A stretch of 64,000 nt of DNA, from NCBI RefSeq assembly GCF_048593235.1, contig NC_133617.1:645524958-645588957 (forward strand), given 5' to 3'. A program made the translations under genes and the position numbers. This document shows, in pieces, positions 1-10,659 of the stretch. Positions within the stretch are counted from its first letter, which is position 1; each line of letters opens with the position of its first letter. The notes below the pieces were generated by a model. It made no database searches, was not told where the DNA came from, and saw only the letters and a list, made by a program, of their open reading frames with translations. Origin of the DNA: Sminthopsis crassicaudata. Its lineage: Eukaryota.

Positions 1-229
1 AAATAAAAACGCTCTTTCCCATGAAAACCAAATAGAAAAAGAATGGAAAGGGTGAACAGAGTTTTCTAAACTTATTCTTAGATTGTGTGCCTGGTTTCTT
101 TTACATCTTGGACTCAGAGGTCAACATTGATTTAATTTTTCCTATTTACTTTACATTTTTTCTTCTAAGATTGCCAAAATCCAAACAGCAATTTCTATGT
201 AGCAACAGTTATAAACTTTTTCCAATGTA

Positions 230-893
230 GTGAAAAAGCAAAAGAAGGAGGAGAGAGAAGAGGAGGAAGAAAAAAGAAGAAGAGGAGGAGAAAAAAGATG
301 GGAGAAAGAGAAGGAAGAGAGGAGAAGAGATGAAAGGNNNNNNNNNNNNNNNNNNNNNNNNNNNNNNNNNNNNNNNNNNNNNNNNNNNNNNNNNNNNNNN
401 NNNNNNNNNNNNNNNNNNNNNNNNNNNNNNNNNNNNNNNNNNNNNNNNNNNNNNNNNNNNNNNNNNNNNNNNNNNNNNNNNNNNNNNNNNNNNNNNNNNN
501 NNNNNNNNNNNNNNNNNNNNNNNNNNNNNNNNNNNNNNNNNNNNNNNNNNNNNNNNNNNNNNNNNNNNNNNNNNNNNNNNNNNNNNNNNNNNNNNNNNNN
601 NNNNNNNNNNNNNNNNNNNNNNNNNNNNNNNNNNNNNNNNNNNNNNNNNNNNNNNNNNNNNNNNNNNNNNNNNNNNNNNAAAGATAGGAGAAAGAAGGAA
701 GAGGAGAGAAGAGATAAAAGGAGAAGAAGAAGAAAGAAGAAGAGGAAGATGAAGAAGAAGGAAAAGATGAAGACAAAGAAGAAGAAGAGGAAGAGAAAGA
801 AAGAGGAGATAGGAAGGAGGCACAGAAGGAAGAAAGAAAGGAAGGAAGGAAGGGAGGGAGGGAGGGAGGGAGGGAGAATAAAAGGAAAAAAAG
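230..893 (+). repeat. Polypurine GA-rich low-complexity tract containing an assembly gap (338-679)
   Basis: Almost pure A/G on both sides of the gap, with (GGAA)n and (GGGA)n near 840-875. Confidence 0.95.
338..679. other. Assembly gap (other gaps: 1438-1590, 11265-11596, 35178-35313, 45386-45513)
   Basis: Runs of N. Confidence 1.
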
Positions 894-1149
894 AGAGACC
901 ATATTCTTTATGACTGGTATCAAGTTTGATTTTATCAGAATAGAAGTAGTTTGTCTTATTAAGAGGATGATCTTATGAAAGGAAAATAAATGGATTTCTC
1001 AGCCTGTCCTGGAGTCCTATGCAGGAACAATCTTTTTTGTCAAAATTCAAGTGCATAAAATTGACTCTGCCCTCTTAAGGCCCATTATTTAAAAAAAAAA
1101 AAAAAAAAAAAAAGGCATTTCATCTCTGAGTGCAGAGTGAAACATGAGA

Positions 1150-1800
1150 CTTTTAGTGGGGTGGGGATTGTAGAGGGAAGGAGTGGGGGAGGGAGGGGAG
1201 GTGAAAACTGGTTGCCAACAGGAGAACCACTCCAGAGGTATGCTGGGTTATAATTAATGGCATGAGGTTACAACTTGCAGCTGACATCAGTTACAGTAAA
1301 AGGTCAGGATCTTGCTGCAATTTGCATTTACTGATTTGGAAGACAGTCTCCAGCAATCTCCCCTTCCCCCATCTCCCTTGGCCTTGGCCGTCTAGCCGAT
1401 CCCCATTGCATTCCTTTCATGATTTCACTGAAGACTTNNNNNNNNNNNNNNNNNNNNNNNNNNNNNNNNNNNNNNNNNNNNNNNNNNNNNNNNNNNNNNN
1501 NNNNNNNNNNNNNNNNNNNNNNNNNNNNNNNNNNNNNNNNNNNNNNNNNNNNNNNNNNNNNNNNNNNNNNNNNNNNNNNNNNNNNNNNNNCAAGGACTTG
1601 TTCCACTCTTTGGATTTTATAAGGGGAGGGGGCCTGGACTTTGGGAGCTTTTGCCAAAACCAAATGCATCCTTCCACTCAGCACCCCCCCTCCCTGTGAC
1701 ATTTGGAAGGACAAAAGGGTGCATGTCAGAACAGGCTTCATTTCCAGAGGGTAGGATGTTCACTGTCGAGCTTTAGACAGCAATTTTGGTGTCAAAAGCA
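1150..1800. promoter_or_regulatory. Candidate enhancer island around gap 1438-1590
   Basis: TAATTA, CAGCTG, AAAGGTCA and ATTTGCAT within 80 bp, next to a G-run cluster, with no recognisable repeat. Confidence 0.3.
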
Positions 1801-2860
1801 TTTTGTCTGAAGGACTCAAGACCCTTAGGAATGTGCACTTCTGGTGAAAAGAAAAAAGAGCAGGGAGAGCAAAAGCACTTCCATTGCAAGATCCCACAGT
1901 CACAGACTTATCTTCCGGGCAGCTCTACGATAATGAGAAAAGCACTAGACTTCAAGTCTGAAGTTCTGCTACTATCAATCAATGCCTGAATCTCAGTTTT
2001 CTCACCTGTAAAAAGGGAGTGAAGGGACTGAACCAGAAGCATTTCCTCATCTCTCAACTCTTAAATCTTTTGTTCCACTGGGTAAGCAACATAAAAACAG
2101 CATCTTTTTCAAGACTCCAAGGATTTAGAGTTAGATCATCTCCAATATCTTCATTTTCATGTAGGGAGATTAAAGCCTAGGGAATTTTTCTACATTATCT
2201 TTTTATTCCCTTTCCATCACCCACCTCTTCTTTTAGTCTCCAATAAATAATCAGTGACCTTATGTTTCCCATATACATATACAAGTTACTCAGAATTTCT
2301 GCCTATGGCAATCAGTCTATATGCATTAAGATATAGTCCTTCTTGGATCTTTTCCTCCTCAGAGCTCATCAAAAATCCCAATTTTGTTTCCCATTTTTGG
2401 GGATCAATCTGCTAGTTCAGTACTTCAGTAGGTAGAGATATGTAATTTCAGGATTGTGAATACTGGCCCAAACTATTCACATCACAATCCATTTAATAGA
2501 AGATCCTGGAGATGGCTAAAAAAAAAAAAAAAGAAAAAAAAAAAAAACTATGTCACCCTGAAGCCAAACACTATAGTAATGAACCTCCACAAACTTAACT
2601 ACTTATTGTACTCAAACAATATACAGTGTCCCAGTGGGCACAATTCAGGCCTTTTCTTTTGATTAGACCTGACCTGAACAAAATAATGAGGAATCAGTGG
2701 AAGTTCTCTATTATTTAATAATTTAAATTTGAAGGTAGGTATTAATAGCTGATACTGGTTTATATATTTATCCCTCTCTGATAACCCCTCCCTCATTTTC
2801 TTGTGAATCAATAGGTTTTACGCACACACACATACATACACACATACACACACATTTTAC

Positions 2861-2905
<45 letters not shown>

Positions 2906-3262
2906 CTTTCTTTAGATATACTACATAATGGAATGCAAATTTGAAAAAAAGTATAGACTCTTGGAACACAGGAGCTGGGTTCAAATGCTATCTGATATTT
3001 ACTTCCAGTTTGATCTTTGGCAACTAACTTTTCTTCCCAGGGCCTCAAGTTTCTCATAATCTATATAATTTTAATTGCTTAATACTACACTAAGATTTTG
3101 AGAACATTCATTATAAAGAATCATTTATATAATCCCAGAAACGAAGATTGTTTGGAAGTAATGAACACTTCAATTCAATCTGATGGTTTATTCTACCTAT
3201 AGACCATAGAAAAACACAAAAATCCAATTACAAGAGTATTTAATTAAGACATGAAATTATAA

Positions 3263-3470
3263 GTGTGATAGCATTGTGTAGTAGATATAGTGCAAGCTTC
3301 AGGGTTAGGAAACTGGTTTCAAATCTCATTTCTGACACATCCTCATTATGTGTCTTTAGGTAAGCCTCTTTGATTTCAGTGCTCCCAGATGAATCTCTAA
3401 ATCTGTAAAATGAACGGCACTTGCCTACATTTTATTACAGAGATAAAGCGACCTTCTTCCCTCTTAATTA
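3263..3470 (+). mobile_element. Marsupial MIR3-type CORE-SINE (related copies near 9710-9870, 17385-17580 and 27120-27330)
   Basis: tRNA-like head plus a CTCAGTGCCCC-A-GG...CTCTAAG-type body shared among these copies. Confidence 0.55.
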
Positions 3471-3552
3471 TCTATACCAAAGGAATCAAAAGTTCTTCTC
3501 CCTTTAAAAATGAAGCAGCAATAAAATTAAAGAAATTAAATATAAAAACATT

Positions 3553-3685
3553 CATTAGATTGTAAGCTTCTTGAAGGCAGCATGTGTATTTCTCTCTCTC
3601 TCTCTTTTTTTTTTTTTTTTTTTTTTTTGTATTCCTAACACTTAGAACTGTGCTTGATACATAATAGACACTTAATAAATGCTGT
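3553..3685 (+). mobile_element. L2 3' end (similar + strand ends near 8655, 12080, 15480, 15960, 23560, 39780, 55400, 56400 and 63620; - strand fragments near 8455, 12790-13520, 18370, 21880, 55970, 57820 and 62100)
   Basis: TAGATTGTAAGCTTCTTGAAGGCAG...TGTGCTTGATACATAATAGACACTTAATAAATGC is the L2 terminal pattern. Confidence 0.75.
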
Positions 3686-3739
3686 TTGGAATCTTTGTGG
3701 CTATCTGCAAATGGATACACACTCATACTTCTAGGGGAC

Positions 3740-4340
3740 TTAAAAATCAGTTCAAAGGCATTTGGGATTATACTTTTAAAATGATTCCATACCCTTTGAT
3801 CCAGATTAATCTCAATCATATTATTTCAAGAAGGCTAAATAGAAAAACAAATGTGCCATATACATAAGACTATTCATAGGCACATACTTTGTGGTAGCAA
3901 AGAACTAGAAAGTATCTGATCATCAATTAAGCAATGGATCAATAAATTGTGATACATGAATATAGAGGGATATTATTGCAGTAAAAGAAATGGTGAATAT
4001 AATGGATTCAGAGAAGCCTGGGAAGATTTCTATAAAGCAATGTATACTGAAATAAATAAAACCAAAAAATAGATACAATATTCACAATATCTAAAAAACA
4101 TGGAAAGACAAAGGAAACAAAGGAAAGACTATGAAACTGGATAATGAATATTCTCCTTCCTCCAAAAAAAGGATAGATCATGGCATATACTGCCAGATTT
4201 AGTTGATTTCTTGGTTAATTTTGTTTCATTCCTTTGTTTCTTTGTTCTTTGACACAAGGGGTCAGCTTACTGAGATTTGGAGTAGACATTAAGAAATTAT
4301 AGTGACATAAAAAGAAAAAATATCAAGAACAAATTTTTTT
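3740..4340 (+). mobile_element. Old L1, ORF2 C-terminus plus 3'UTR
   Basis: ATACCCTTTGATCCAG, CTTTGTGGTAGCAAAGAACTAGAAA and GGATTCAGAGAAGCCTGGGAAGA resemble marsupial L1 3' ends. Confidence 0.8.
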
Positions 4341-5100
4341 AATCGCAAGACCAATCCATTTTTAAATCTTGTAATTCCCCAATATAAATTAGGCAACAAA
4401 ATCCCTCTTTGGGACTAAGCAATCCAGCAGTAGATGCTTACACTATGGAAATCTCATTCTGGCAGTGACTTTCTCAAGTGTTCTTGGAGCTAGCTGGAAA
4501 AGCTCCAAAAGCTAATTTGAATATTTTTGTTATTATGGGAAAATGAAGTTCAGTGATAACGTCATTGCCACTCAAAATTATTATCTTCTCTTTAACCCAA
4601 ATGAAATTCTGTATATGGTTTCTTCTTTCTGTAATAACTTTTTCTAGATACATATGATTCTCTTTTAGGTCTTCAACATTGTAGAGTACAAAGTTTTTGT
4701 GTGGAGACATCACTCTGCTGCTGGCTTATTCATACCCTTCTAGGAAACAGGTCAGATTTTTTTTCCAATGTATGAGTCTCTTTTGGTCTCATATTTTGAG
4801 AAATTAAGTCCTGGGATATGCTGTGTTTGGGTGTGGGTGTGGGTGTGAGTGTGGGTGTGGGTGTCTGTGTGTTAGTATTCAAATAGATAATATCAAGATT
4901 AATAAAGTACAAAATCTCTTAAAAGTGATTTTGAATTACTGAATTTATAGTAGGTTTTGGTCAGCCTGTATTTTAACCTAATGAAAGTTCAGCAATGTAG
5001 GGCTCCAGGAAATGTTTTATGTTAAAAAGGAATCCTCATACTTGAAAATGTTCAGAATACATAGCCTTAACCAAAAGAAGTGACTAACATATAGGACTTT

Positions 5101-5514
5101 TTTTTTTACATTTTTAAATTAATTTTTATAATTATAACATTTTTGACAGTACATATGCATAGGTATATATATATATATTTTTTTTTACAACATTATCCCT
5201 TGTACTCCCTTCTGTTCCAAATTTTTCCTCTCCTTCCCTCCACCCCCTCCCCTAGATGGCAGGCATTCCCATACATATTAAATATCTTATAGTATATTCT
5301 AGGTACAATATATATGTGCAGAACCGAATTTTGTTGTTGTTATTGTCGCAAAGGAAGAATTGTATTCAGAAGGTAAAAATGATATGAGAAGGAAAACAAA
5401 AACAAAAACAAAATAATAATAATGCTCACAGTTTACATTTCCCAGTGTTCCTTTTCTGGATGTAGCTGATTCTGTCCATCATTTATCAATTGGAATTGGA
5501 TTAGCTCTTCCCTA
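5101..5514 (-). mobile_element. 5'-truncated young L1 (3'UTR only)
   Basis: Perfect 16-bp TSD TAACATATAGGACTTT at 5085-5100 and 5515-5530, with poly-T at the left end. Its reverse complement closely matches the 3'UTR of the full-length L1 at 35314-35468. Confidence 0.95.
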
Positions 5515-6217
5515 TAACATATAGGACTTTAACCACACCTCACTTTAAGCCCACTGAAGCACAAAATAGAAGCAGAAACCTGAAAACCTCAAGTTGATGA
5601 GAAGAATGGACTCTAGTTCTTATAATATTATCAGTGCAAGAGAAACATGAAGAGGAAGACAGCATTTTTGTATTTCCTTTCTAGTCAGTTTATTGGCTGC
5701 TGATCTACAATCATGTCCATAACGCCCACTGGCAATCAATCAGTAGCATTTATGCAAAGGACCAGAGAATGATTTGTTTCTTCTCTATTTACTTGTGTGT
5801 GCCCTAATTTTTATAAGGTACATTACTACAAAGTTCCTGCATACAATGCTGTTAATGTAAAGATTTCAAAAGTTCAAACAAGAATTTAACTTGGGAGGAG
5901 AAACACCTTTATCTTTACAAAATATGATGTACTTTATTTGGGGGAAGAAAAGATATTTTAAAAGAGTTGACAAATGCAAAATGTGGAAAACAAGGGTCAC
6001 TAAAGGCTTGAAATTTGGGGACAAGGTTCACTAAAACTTTGAAATTTGGTTCCCAAGAAAAATGTCAAGCTTTCCTTTGCCAAGAATGTCATGGTGAAAA
6101 AAAGTATTGAACTAAGGATTAGAAAACTAGGGTTCAAATCCTAGCTCTGCTACTCAACTATATGTGTGACTTTTAGAAAGTCATTTAATTACTTTCAATC
6201 TGAATTTTCTCATCTAT

Positions 6218-6385
6218 TGTTGTTGCTTGTTTGTTTTTTGTTTTGTTTTTGGTGAGGCAATTGGGTTTAAGTGACTTGTTCAAGGTCAAAAAGCAAGGAA
6301 GTATTAATTATCTGAGCTTGGATTTGAATTCAAGCCCTCCTGACTCTGTGCCAGTGCTCTATCCACTGCCTTATTAGCAATGCCT
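6218..6385 (-). mobile_element. WSINE1-like CORE-SINE, adjoining a + strand MIR (about 6085-6217)
   Basis: T-rich tail, then GAGGCAATTGGGTTTAAGTGACTTG...GGAAGTATTAATTATCTGAG...CTCTATCCACTG. Confidence 0.75.
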
Positions 6386-6404
6386 GTTTTTCATTTTGTA
6401 AGAG

Positions 6405-6770
6405 GATATGTCAGGTTGATGTCTTGACTTATGCATGAATTAGGTTTTAGTGAAACAGTTGGACAAAATCTTTCACTCTCTCTTCCAGAGTCATCCAAAT
6501 CCAGTACCAAGACAAAAATAAGGACTACATAATGGTGTAGGCTGCAAGGGATGTTGGCTTAGCTTAGAGTCACCTTCATGGCCATGGAAAAAATTTTCTT
6601 TTCATCCTTCCATTCTGCTGGAGAAAGTCTTCACAAACTTCGGATAGATTGACATTACCTTACTTACCAATAGATTTGAGGCCTATTGGTTATCTGATTT
6701 AGCCCATCTGCCAAGTTGGTTTACTGCAGTTTGACCACTGTGCGTGCTACAGCTTCTAAGTTTGTTTTCA
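6405..6770 (-). mobile_element. RTE-related non-autonomous element (WALLSI/RTESINE-type, RTE 5' region)
   Basis: GATGTCTTGACTT...CACTCTCTCTTCCAGAGTCATC...AAAGTCTTCACA...TTTGAGGCC...TGCTACAGCTTCT is colinear with the antisense marsupial RTE 5' region as I recall it. Confidence 0.65.
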
Positions 6771-7423
6771 TCTCAAACACTATGATCCTAAGATTGACTC
6801 TGATTTCTGCAGTCCTCCTGCTCAGAGCTGCTCAGAGGCCCTGTCAAGGGAGAGAATGGATCAGGCTGATAGATCACTGGCTGTCAGGAAAGGTGGCTGC
6901 CCACATGGTCGGACTACAAAATACAGATCGTAAAACTTATGAGCCATGTTCTGATCAGGTGTGACCTGAATGAAGGATGGTTCAGCTTCAGTAGATGGAT
7001 AATTAAAAATAATTCATTGTCACTAGAAGGAAGACTTTCAATTTAGATGGTAAGAAGATCCAAATCTAACCTGGACAATGGACAATCATGAACACTCATT
7101 GACAATCTCCCAGCAGCCCCAATTCTCCATCTAACTTAATTAAACCCAAAATAAGTTTTATGGGTAGGTATCCCCACCACAGAGACTTAGGCAGTATTGT
7201 GTTTTGAATGGGACTGGCCAGCAATCGTTCCTTTATAAGATGCTAGATCCACTTGGAAGTGTCTAATTCTAGTCCCTCTTTTGATTTCCAGGAGGGTATG
7301 GTTTAAAATGATAGTTTATAGAGTAATACACATAAGGAAGAGAACAGAGAAAATATAGGGATAGGACCACAGAAAGTTCATAAATTATTAAAGCTAGAAA
7401 AGCACTTAGAAATCATCGAATCT

Positions 7424-7778
7424 TAAGGAAGTTCCAATAGACTTGTGATGAAAAATGCCATCAGTATCCAGAGAGAAAACTATGGAGACTGAATATGAAT
7501 CCAAGCTTAGCATTTTCACCTTTTTGATCGTTGTTGTTATTATTGTGTGTTTGTTTGTTTGAGTTTTTTTCTTTCTCATGTTTTTTTCTTGATTTGATTT
7601 TTCTTACAAAGCATGACAAATATGGCAATATGTTCAGAAGAACTACACATGTTTAACCTATATAGAATTTCTTGTTGTCTTAGAGAGGGGGGTACACAAG
7701 GTCAAAGGTGAATACTGAAAACTATATTTGTATGTATTTTAGAAAAACAAAATACTTTTTTTAAAAGGGGGGGGGGGA
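7424..7778 (+). mobile_element. 5'-truncated L1 3'UTR inserted into an antisense MIR (about 7365-7900)
   Basis: TSD AGAAATCATCGAATCT (7408-7423) and AGAAATCATTGAATCT (7779-7794), with marsupial L1 3'UTR sequence between them. Confidence 0.92.
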
Positions 7779-7975
7779 AGAAATCATTGAATCTAATCCC
7801 AGCATTTTTAGATGAGGAAACTGAGACTCAGGCATTTAAATAGACTTCCCTGGGGTCATAGAGCTAATGAGGGGTACTGGTAGAATCTGAATTCATCACA
7901 TCTTCCTTTAAAACCAGAGCCCTCTGTCCACTAGACTTTATCATCAATGAAAAGTCAAGGCAACTAATCAATAGA

Positions 7976-8225
7976 GAGGCAGCATACTGAAGTTACCATC
8001 AAGAGAAACCCTAGTTTGAATCCTACCTCTCATGTTGATGAGAAAATCACTTATGTTATCTGAATCTCAATTTACTTATCTATAAAATATAAAAAATTTT
8101 AAAAATTAAATGCTTAAATATAAAATAAGGATAGAAGCATTCGAGCTCCTCATAGAGATGTTGTGAAGATTAGATGAGATAAGCTATATAAAATACTTTT
8201 AAATATTTGAGTTATTATTATTATT
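7976..8225 (+). mobile_element. MIR (representative; further MIR fragments near 1930, 2950, 15830, 18470, 19150, 20600, 21690, 22815, 25500, 25760, 26140, 40450, 41040, 46360, 51420, 53600, 54470, 54660, 56620, 57480, 60200 and 63690)
   Basis: Core motif TCTCAATTTACTTATCTATAAAAT...GTTGTGAAGATTAGATGAGATAA. The other copies show the same core or its reverse complement. Confidence 0.75.
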
Positions 8226-9009
8226 TTAATTTTATCTATTATTTTAATCATTAATATAAGTTATTATAATATTACTAATAACATAATTGTTTCATTCTAT
8301 TATTGCTACTTTTACTATTGTCATCATATGGAAGCAAGATAGCTGTGATGTAGTAGAAAGGGTATTTTTCCTCCTGGGCTTCAATTTTAGAACTTCTTTT
8401 CTGATATATATCACTATGCCTATTGTAATAATCTCCTCCCTCAGATGTCAAAAAGTCAGTCAATAAGTTTTTAAAAATATCTACTATGTTTCAGGCACTG
8501 TGTTAAGTCCTGAAGATAAAGGCATGACTGTTTTATGTTCCCAAAGAGCTCACAGTTGAATGTCAGAGATAATATGCAAAGAACAATAACAAGCTAATTA
8601 CACATTTATAAAGATAGTTCTTTTATTGCACTGGGTTGGTGTAGTATGCCAATAATAGATTATAACTTCCAGGAGATCAGGAGCTATATCTTTTTAGAAT
8701 TTTCTATATTTTCCATTACTTAGCATAGTGCTCTATATACAGTAGGTGCTTAGCAAGCTAATTTAATGTATCTGACTTGTTGAAGCATCAAGGTGGCAAA
8801 AAAATTCAGTTTTTAAAGTATAAAATATTGAATATAATCCAATTTTATGCCATAAAACTTTTTTCTTTATTTTCTTTTCATATCAGTGTTTAATCTATAC
8901 TTATCAACACTATTTAAGAATAAATTCAGATTTCCTTAAACATAAGAAAGTTCTAGAAATCCTATGTTATTGTGAAATAAAATATAAGTCTCCTAACCAC
9001 ATAAGGAAA

Positions 9010-9450
9010 AAGCTGAGAAAGGAAAGGAAAGGAAAGCACAGACTAATAAAGAGGGGAAGGTGAGGAGGGGAGGGAGGAGAGAGATAATGAGGAGGGAGGA
9101 AGGAGGGAGGGGAGAAGGGAGAAGAAAAGGGAGAAAAGGAGAGGGAGGAGAAAAAGGAGGAAAGGAGGGGAAAAGGGAGAAAGGGAGGGGGAGGGGGAGG
9201 GGAAGGGGGAGTGAGACAGAGGAGAGGGAAAAGGAGAAAAAAGGGAGAGAAAAAAGGTGAGGAGAGGGAGAGACAGGAAGAGATAGAGGGAGAAAGAGAG
9301 ACAGAGAGACAGAGAGACAGAGAAGGAGGAGAGAGAGATAAGGACAAAGTAAGCAGAAGGGCAAATAAGAGATAGAGACACAGAGACACAAGAGTCAGTG
9401 AGATAGAGACAGAAAGAGACAAACACAGACAGTGAGACAGAGACAGAGTT
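9010..9450 (+). repeat. Polypurine tract grading into (GAGACA)n
   Basis: Seen directly. Confidence 0.95.
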
Positions 9451-9456
9451 AAATAT

Positions 9457-9710
9457 GCAACTAGGTGATACAGTGAATAAAGTTCCAGGCCAAGTGTCAG
9501 GAAGCCCTGAATTCAAAGTCCTGACTTCAAATTTGACTTCATGTACTGACTTTATGACCCTTCAAAGGTTACATAATCCTGTTTACCTCAGTATCTTCAT
9601 CTATAAAATGATTTGTAGAAGGAAAAGACAAACCATTTCTGTATTTCTGCCAAGAAAACGCAAGGTAGGGTCACAAAGAGTCTGATATAATTGAAACTGA
9701 CTGAACAAGA
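9457..9710 (+). mobile_element. MAR1-type CORE-SINE with RTE/BovB-like tail
   Basis: tRNA-like head and core, then AGAAGGAAAAGACAAACCATTTCTGTATTTCTGCCAAGAAAAC...GGGTCACAAAGAGTC...GACTGAACAA. Confidence 0.85.
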
Positions 9711-10659
9711 ACACTAGATCAAGCTGACCATGAAGACCCAGGATCAAGGCTAGCCTCTAAAACACATTGGCTGTGACCATGAAAAAGTCAGTGAAGCTCT
9801 GACAAAAATTCTATATAAATGGGAGAATAGTAGCTGATCTGCACTTGTTGAAGTGTATCATATATCAGTGAATGAATGACATGTATAGACAAGATAGCTA
9901 GATTAGAAAGATGGAAATAGCTAATTAAATTTTGTTTATTATTATTTTGTTTTGTTTTTCATCATTTTATTCTTATTTATCAAGGATCCCATTTCGTATG
10001 GTTTGTAATATGGTTGATTTCAAACCCAGCTGTCAAGCACTTCAAGTCTAACTTGATTCCATTGCACTACTTCTTGTGTCTTAGAGGAGGTATCTTTTAC
10101 ATTAAAGACTAATAATGGAGCATATAGTGTGTAAGAGAATCACTTCTATTTTTTTTCAAGGTCTTCCCTAAGTTATTCTCTCCTCATTTACACTGGGTAA
10201 GTACAGTTAAGGAATGCCATACTTACAAGCTGTTTCCAAACTCCAAGCTCCACATCTGCTATACTTAAAGTCTGGGATTCCATTCTGTTCTAACTTAATT
10301 AGGACCAGGGAGTTAAATACAGTGTCACACATTTTGATGTTTGACCATCCCTGGGTTTTGCAGGGTAAGGAGGCTAATTGTTTTGTGAGGGGACTGTCAT
10401 GTGCCAGAAGTGGCTGGTAAAGAGTCTGATAATTAGACTCCTGCTGCTGAGAATATAGACCTCAGAGGATTTTTTCCCCCTTTCAGTTGTTGGTTGTTTC
10501 ACTGTTGGTTCCCACCCACACCCCTCCACAGCCACTATTTACAATGGACAGCCACAAATAATCTAACTTGTGGAACAAAGGAAAGGAGGAAAGAAGCTAA
10601 AAAGTAAAGAAAAAGGCCTTTGCTATCAACATCCTTTTCAAATAAAGAAAAAAAGAAAC

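Noticed and set aside
195-923. Long ORFs of 140-242 aa
   Set aside because: Translations of a GA/TC low-complexity tract plus an N-gap.
4474-4713. 79-aa minus-strand ORF MMSPHKNFVLYNVED...
   Set aside because: No recognisable homology or fitting splice context; this length is attainable by chance in 64 kb.
6716-6964. 82-aa ORF with possible splice sites
   Set aside because: Begins inside an RTE-derived repeat, the donor is weak and there is no homology.
8967-9516. Four overlapping S/P/L/F-rich or R/E/G-rich ORFs (also 22152-22631)
   Set aside because: Produced by polypurine tracts that lack stop codons; no coding signature.
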